Source of the DNA: a virus
DNA: 64,000 nucleotides
Direction: 5' to 3' (one strand)
Virus record (IMG/VR): IMGVR_UViG_3300031963_012969
Both the position numbers and the translations under genes were made by a program. Below are positions 58,815 to 64,000 of this stretch, one piece after another. The stretch's first letter is position 1. Every line of letters begins with the position of its first letter. Under the pieces are notes generated by a model, which saw only the letters and a program-made list of their open reading frames with translations, did no database searches and was not told the DNA's origin.

Positions 58815-59833
58815 ATATGAAAGACTTTTACTACGACTACGGTTATAACTTTATCAAAATTTTTAAAGATAAAGAAGTACCAAACTTTATAAAAGAAGCA
58901 AGCTCTTTGGAGCAGGAAGAATTAAGTTCTTTGCCGGATTCAGCTTTTGCATCTGAAGGTACAAGAAGTCTACCAATAACAGATCCAGCAAATGTATTTG
59001 TGAGCGCAGCATATTATTATGGAGCAAATACCCCTAATAACGATGTAGAGCAGAAGATAATAAAAGCTGCTAGTTTCTTTGATATTTTAGAAGACGTTGA
59101 GAGACTAAGGGAAGACATTAAAAACGAAAATTCGGTAAACAATAAAACAGCGAGCGACAATGAGACATGGGAAATATCATTAACCCAGCAAAATGGTAAA
59201 ACAATAAAGTACGCTGGTGACTCAACTAATATAGAAAAATTTTCTAACGAATTTATCTCTAATTTAATCAATAAATGCTCGTTCAATGAAAAAGTTGAGT
59301 GTGCCGAAAAGATCGCTACAGAACTATCCAGGTTTAACAAAAACGTACCACAAAGAATTCTACAGGTTTCTGGAAGAAATATCACAAACACACAGAAACT
59401 TGCAGAACAAGTAAAGGCTAGAGCAGTTAGACTGTTTGAGGATTCCGATAAAGTTACATTATGCAAAATAGCTGATGCACTTGAACAGTCTGAAGAAAAA
59501 ACACTGGATGGTATGAGAAAAATAGCTGAGATACTTGAGACCATTGATCAACAAAATAAGCTTCAAAGATTTTATGGCAAATCCATACAAGATCCATTTG
59601 AGAGTGTGTTTAATACTTCTGTAGAAGATGCTCAAAAAATGGCAGGCATCGTGGAATTGGGAGGGGAAGAATATTCAATGCTAGACCTTGAATTAATTGA
59701 AAAAGAAATTTTTAAATCTGCATTGACTAAAGAAGCTTTTGAAGAGATAGGTATTGGAACTGAGTCCGAGGACTTGAGTAAAATTTCTAAATTAAGCGAA
59801 GACCAGAAGAGCGTCTTAGCTTCATACCTATAA
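58808..59833 (+). CDS. Hypothetical protein with KxA(S) motifs, putative virion/head-associated
   Basis: KEAS, KAAS, KTAS, KIA, KMAG; same strand as the terminase. Confidence 0.75.
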   Translation: MTYMKDFYYDYGYNFIKIFKDKEVPNFIKEASSLEQEELSSLPDSAFASEGTRSLPITDPANVFVSAAYYYGANTPNNDVEQKIIKAASFFDILEDVERLREDIKNENSVNNKTASDNETWEISLTQQNGKTIKYAGDSTNIEKFSNEFISNLINKCSFNEKVECAEKIATELSRFNKNVPQRILQVSGRNITNTQKLAEQVKARAVRLFEDSDKVTLCKIADALEQSEEKTLDGMRKIAEILETIDQQNKLQRFYGKSIQDPFESVFNTSVEDAQKMAGIVELGGEEYSMLDLELIEKEIFKSALTKEAFEEIGIGTESEDLSKISKLSEDQKSVLASYL

Positions 59834-59835
59834 GA

Positions 59836-60549
59836 ATGCTACCATATAAAACAAAAGACCAGGAAGTTGCAGGAAGAATAATGGCAACACCTGGAACAAT
59901 GGCTACAATTTCACATGCAATAGCTCTCCATTTTTTTGGAGTAGATATTTATGAGTGGGAACCAGAAACTCTTGCGATGGAGCTAACGGACATTCTTGAT
60001 ATAAAGATAGATGAAGAAAATTTAGATAGGCTTCATTCAATTATATCTGCAATAACTAGCAACAGCTTCTACAAGGACTGGGTAGCTTTTACAGCAGTGT
60101 GTTCAACGTTAAACGGAGAGAATGACCCAGATGAGCTTGCAGAAATGACAGTAGCTGAATTTTCATGGGGAGTTATAGAGGTGTCACTAAATGACGAAGA
60201 TGACTCAGACTTATTCTCTAGTGATATATCTGCGTTAGTTGGAACAGTATTAGACCAAGAGGGTTTTACAAATCCACCACCACAACTTAATTTCGCCAAG
60301 ATGCCAGAGAAATACCTTGGCAGCACATACGGAGCAGAGATGAATCAAATGGATTCAAAGTCAGATTATGCTACCGGACTCTTAAATGAATACATAAGAG
60401 ACCAGTCCGTTCTTCTGTTTAAGCAAATCAAAATGTTGCCATGGATCTCTGAAGATCAATTGGAGGACATAGTAAATAACCTATCGTCCGAAATTAACTC
60501 AGTAGCTAACAAAAAGCGTAACGATCCCCTATACGGAAATAACCTCTAA
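59836..60549 (+). CDS. Hypothetical acidic protein
   Basis: 237-aa ORF following 58808-59833. Confidence 0.75.
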   Translation: MLPYKTKDQEVAGRIMATPGTMATISHAIALHFFGVDIYEWEPETLAMELTDILDIKIDEENLDRLHSIISAITSNSFYKDWVAFTAVCSTLNGENDPDELAEMTVAEFSWGVIEVSLNDEDDSDLFSSDISALVGTVLDQEGFTNPPPQLNFAKMPEKYLGSTYGAEMNQMDSKSDYATGLLNEYIRDQSVLLFKQIKMLPWISEDQLEDIVNNLSSEINSVANKKRNDPLYGNNL

Positions 60550-60890
60550 CCGAGAGTCAATGTCTTTACCCTATTTTACGGGTTAAAGTTATGACCTCGG
60601 TTAGAGGTTTTTTTTGCCTGTCGGCGACGAAAATTGCCGGTAGAGCTCTGTATAGGAACGCCGGTTTTTTTTCTAGCCACTGCACTGCTCTATCGAACGA
60701 TGATCGTTCCCATGCAGTTTCACCTCATTATCGTTCAATGAGGCAACTAGCCGATAGAGCAAAACATTGCTAATCGGATATTGCAACCATACTCATATGG
60801 TTTGCCGCACTTGGCTTAGATACCTGTTTATACTCGCCAAGTCGAGTTTAGTGTCAATAGATCAAATCAGACTTTAACTATTACACTAAA
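60541..60890 (-). ncRNA. Unclassified structured, pseudoknot-rich RNA candidate downstream of tRNA-Ile2
   Basis: Multiple complementary segments in a non-coding interval (see findings). Confidence 0.55.
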
Positions 60891-60908
60891 AGTATGTACC
60901 ACAAAAAG

Positions 60909-60981
<73 letters not shown>

Positions 60982-61219
60982 AATAATAATTATTTTAAAA
61001 TTGGTTTCATGCCAATCCCCCCATACGAAAGAGGATTGGCATGATTTAACCAATATCTTAATACAATCAACTTCAACTTATGTTCAATACTCAACTACAA
61101 TATGATATACACAAACATACCTAAATAAACCAAAAGGCTTACACGATACATCAGATAGATAAAAGATATCTACATTATATTATGGCAAAAAATGCATATC
61201 TTTGAGGTACCCCCCACTA

Positions 61220-61567
61220 TCATTCCGTGTCTAATTCCATTAAATACTTTACATGTCTTTCCAGCAATTCTTTCAACCTTATACAGGCCAATTCATAACT
61301 AGCCCATTCTTCACTGATGTCATCAAAAATATATCCATTATGTACAATCACATATACCGGTGGTCTTCCGTAGCTCCACTTTGTCTCTATGAAATAATGA
61401 CAGTCTCGGTCCTTGTGGTGGTCCCGACCAATTAACTCGTATAGTTTGTCGGTTAAGTCGGTAATTTTTTGTATTACAGTTTCATTCATATTTTTACTCT
61501 TCCCAGATTTTATTTTCATAGTCCCAATGTCTTGAGTCATAAAAATTGATATTAATAGATACTCCAA
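61220..61567 (-). CDS. Hypothetical protein
   Basis: DHHKDRDCH motif; start probably near 61489. Confidence 0.65.
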   Translation of the reverse strand: MEYLLISIFMTQDIGTMKIKSGKSKNMNETVIQKITDLTDKLYELIGRDHHKDRDCHYFIETKWSYGRPPVYVIVHNGYIFDDISEEWASYELACIRLKELLERHVKYLMELDTE

Positions 61568-61865
61568 AAAGGTTTAATTCAAAAGATATACCAGCATGAT
61601 CACGTCCGGTAATGAAACTAGCATCTATCTCTATCTTGAATGTGTAATCATTAAAGAAGAATAGCTCAAGCTCAATATTTTTATTTTTTGAGACCTGCTT
61701 AAATATAGAGCAAATATTTTTGTAAGTAGTTTTAGTTTGAAAAAGGTTTTTTAATGATATCTGAAAATACATATTATAAATTCCAGTATTCGGTATGAAC
61801 TGAATCTCCGCACTGCTCACATCTCTCCGATGTCTCCCAATTATCTGGCTGGAAAAGTTCAACAA
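61494..61865 (-). CDS. Hypothetical protein
   Basis: DHAG...YDSRHWDYE; start uncertain. Confidence 0.6.
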   Translation of the reverse strand: MLNFSSQIIGRHRRDVSSAEIQFIPNTGIYNMYFQISLKNLFQTKTTYKNICSIFKQVSKNKNIELELFFFNDYTFKIEIDASFITGRDHAGISFELNLFGVSININFYDSRHWDYENKIWEE

Positions 61866-62127
61866 GAGTATTGACGTGAATTTCTGATCTATTTATGGAT
61901 TCCCGTAATTGCTCTATCATGTAGTCTACGAACTCCTTTTGGAGTTCTTCTGGAAGGTCCCAATAGTCTTCACCATTTACAATAAATGCATCAGCTGTGC
62001 ATCCGCGAGACATCTCTATTTTATATTTATTCATATTGAGTAATTTTCTGGTACCAGAAATTCCCAGGCTAAGATTTTCTAGGGATAAGTAAAGCTGTTT
62101 CAGTTTGTTTATTGTTTTCTTTATCAT
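61774..62127 (-). CDS. Hypothetical protein with a C-terminal CxxC
   Basis: GCT...CEQCGD. Confidence 0.6.
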   Translation of the reverse strand: MIKKTINKLKQLYLSLENLSLGISGTRKLLNMNKYKIEMSRGCTADAFIVNGEDYWDLPEELQKEFVDYMIEQLRESINRSEIHVNTLVELFQPDNWETSERCEQCGDSVHTEYWNL

Positions 62128-62299
62128 AAACCTCGTCCCATTCCCCTTCCCATGACTTGTGAACTGAGTTGGTATTTTTTACTATCTGTACTAGTAATAT
62201 ATTATTGGGCTCATCAAACCCAGATTCGTATCCATTTACGACCACCCTCATCTCGGGATCTTCAAGAGATAGAACACTTATAAGTTCTTTTACTTTCAT
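62069..62299 (-). CDS. Small hypothetical phage protein (paralog of 1572-1802)
   Basis: MKVKELISVLSLEDPEMRVVVNGYESG. Confidence 0.7.
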   Translation of the reverse strand: MKVKELISVLSLEDPEMRVVVNGYESGFDEPNNILLVQIVKNTNSVHKSWEGEWDEVYDKENNKQTETALLIPRKS

Positions 62300-62322
62300 G
62301 TTTTGTTGTGTATTAAAATAGT

Positions 62323-62477
62323 AAGAAGCAGAATGGTCGCTACTCCATTTAAATAAATAACCGTTTTTTATGAGGTGTTCTTCTTCCTCTTTTTGCGTGT
62401 CTGCGTTACCTCTTCGGTTATTCCCATGCCCATGAAGACATGCATCGAACCGTTTGGCTTTCCACGCCGCTGCTTCT
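62323..62477 (-). ncRNA. tRNA-like RNA with an expanded D-arm
   Basis: AGAAGCAG/CTGCTTCT acceptor-like stem, GCGTG/CACGC D-like stem, AATGG-agtagcga-CCATT T-like arm. Confidence 0.5.
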
Positions 62478-62699
62478 AAATTACGTTTCCCATCCTTTGT
62501 ACTTACCGTACGCTGGTGGAGTTTCTGGATCTAGTTTTGCTCGGCGTCTTTCGCTTTTATTTTTCTTCTTTTTAATAAACGAATGGTAATCATTTTTTCT
62601 TTTAGATTTACCATCAGCTTGTTCTCCTAAGCGCCTAATTGTTTTGCCCATATACTAAAATTGTATATCTAATTTATTATGGAATAAATTAATATTTTT

Positions 62700-63827
62700 T
62701 TATGCACCCTCTAAAGAGGTATAATTTCTGCTCAAGTGATTCAAGAATAAGTTGTGGCCTTCTTCATACCATCCCTTACCAGTATGCACATTAAGTACAT
62801 CTTGAAAATATTTTTCATACATTGATCCAACTTTTTCTAGAGAAAAATTTTCGCCCCATTTTCTACAGTCTGAGGGCTTTATTTTGTCTATATTTTTTAC
62901 AGCCTCTACGAAATCGCCCATTGTCCTACATCTGTATCCAGTTATACCATGTATATTATTTTCAGCAAAACATCCCCAATCTGTTGTTATTGTGGGTGTT
63001 CCAGATAACAAATTTTCTACCTGTACTCCACCAAATGGTTCAACATACATACTTGGTATAAAACTGGCCCTAGCATTTTTCATTAATTTTTTTCGCGTTT
63101 CTATGTCCGCATATCCAATATATTCAACAGAATTTGGTATATTAAAGTTTTCGTCTTTTTGTCCAGCTATCACCAATTTAATTCCAGCCCTTTCAGCTGC
63201 TTGTATGGCTATGTGCACCCCCTTGCCATCGTAAACGCGTCCAATGTATAAAAAATAATCATCTTTTTTCTCTGAATACTCAAAATCATTTAAATCAAAA
63301 TAATTGGGAATAACAACATCATACCATGATTGATTGCATTGACCTACGTTCTTGAGTCCACAGTACGCATGATAAATTGCATAAGACTCGAATACTTTCC
63401 ATTTAGCCCAATGACCACCTGCATATCCTATCCCAGGCTCTACTACAATCATATCGTTGTGGGCATCACAAATAGGTCTAACTCCAGACCCCCAGAAAGG
63501 CAAAAGAAAATCATTTTTTCTTTTTCTTTTTTGTATTTCTCTTATAGAGTTCTTAAAAAATGTTTGATACGCATTGTCATTCGTGTCAAATTTAAAAAAT
63601 TTTTTGCGCCAATCATGTGATCCATATACATCATTAAAGTCTTTATTTGTTAAAACGCTTACGTGTTCATCACAGACAAGATCTGAATCTTCGTGGCCAT
63701 AATGTATTATTTCATGGCCTCTTTGTTTCATCATTTTCCCAAATTTTAAAACCTTCTGTGTATATGCACATGCCACAAAATCTTTGTTAGTTACAGTGTG
63801 CGGCAATCCAAGTAAGTGAAATCTCAT
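62700..63827 (-). CDS. Glycosyltransferase family 4 (GT-B fold)
   Basis: LYIGR...KG..IAI, EPFGGVQVE.L.SGTP.ITTD.G. Confidence 0.9.
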   Translation of the reverse strand: MRFHLLGLPHTVTNKDFVACAYTQKVLKFGKMMKQRGHEIIHYGHEDSDLVCDEHVSVLTNKDFNDVYGSHDWRKKFFKFDTNDNAYQTFFKNSIREIQKRKRKNDFLLPFWGSGVRPICDAHNDMIVVEPGIGYAGGHWAKWKVFESYAIYHAYCGLKNVGQCNQSWYDVVIPNYFDLNDFEYSEKKDDYFLYIGRVYDGKGVHIAIQAAERAGIKLVIAGQKDENFNIPNSVEYIGYADIETRKKLMKNARASFIPSMYVEPFGGVQVENLLSGTPTITTDWGCFAENNIHGITGYRCRTMGDFVEAVKNIDKIKPSDCRKWGENFSLEKVGSMYEKYFQDVLNVHTGKGWYEEGHNLFLNHLSRNYTSLEGA

Positions 63828-64000
63828 AACTGACTACTTGTTAGACCAACAAAAAAATAAAATCAATATTTTTTTAAAATTCTCCAGCATCAATTATTGA
63901 TTCTTCAGTTAAGCACTTTTCTTCATCGCCTGGAATATAGAATTCATCGCTTGTGGAGCATTCGTCTCTTGGCTCTTTCTTTTTCAGGAAGTTTACAGAT

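Noticed and set aside
60620-60890. tmRNA or RNase P RNA
   Set aside because: Pseudoknots and a short GCA-AAC-started frame are present, but no tRNA-like domain ends and no GAGGAAAGUCC core were found.

Overview
AT-rich (roughly one-third GC, judged by eye), densely packed, almost entirely minus-strand segment of a large tailed (jumbo-type) bacteriophage genome. It carries nucleotide metabolism genes (NrdA partial, NrdB, RNase H), three tRNAs and a complete replication/recombination block (SbcD, SbcC, SF2 helicase, DnaB, primase, DnaE split into two genes, SSB, RecA, RuvC-like resolvase). It also has a terminase large subunit, an AAA-ATPase/DUF1257/DUF2997/DUF3150 cluster, a prokaryotic ubiquitin-like cassette (Ubl, E2, E1, JAB) and many small hypothetical genes. 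The most striking feature is a 1.06-kb GC-rich non-coding island (32560-33621) between primase and DnaE. It resolves into three tandem, sequence-divergent units with retron msr-msd architecture: covarying terminal inverted repeats, a candidate branching G, two short stem-loops and two very long hairpins. A retron-type reverse transcriptase with no adjacent ncRNA or recognisable effector lies 8.5 kb upstream in the same gene run. Together these suggest a phage-encoded 'one RT, many msDNA templates' system. Additional structured RNA candidates lie at 20778-20885, 60541-60890 and 62323-62477. All protein family calls come from motif recognition by eye, not from database searches.
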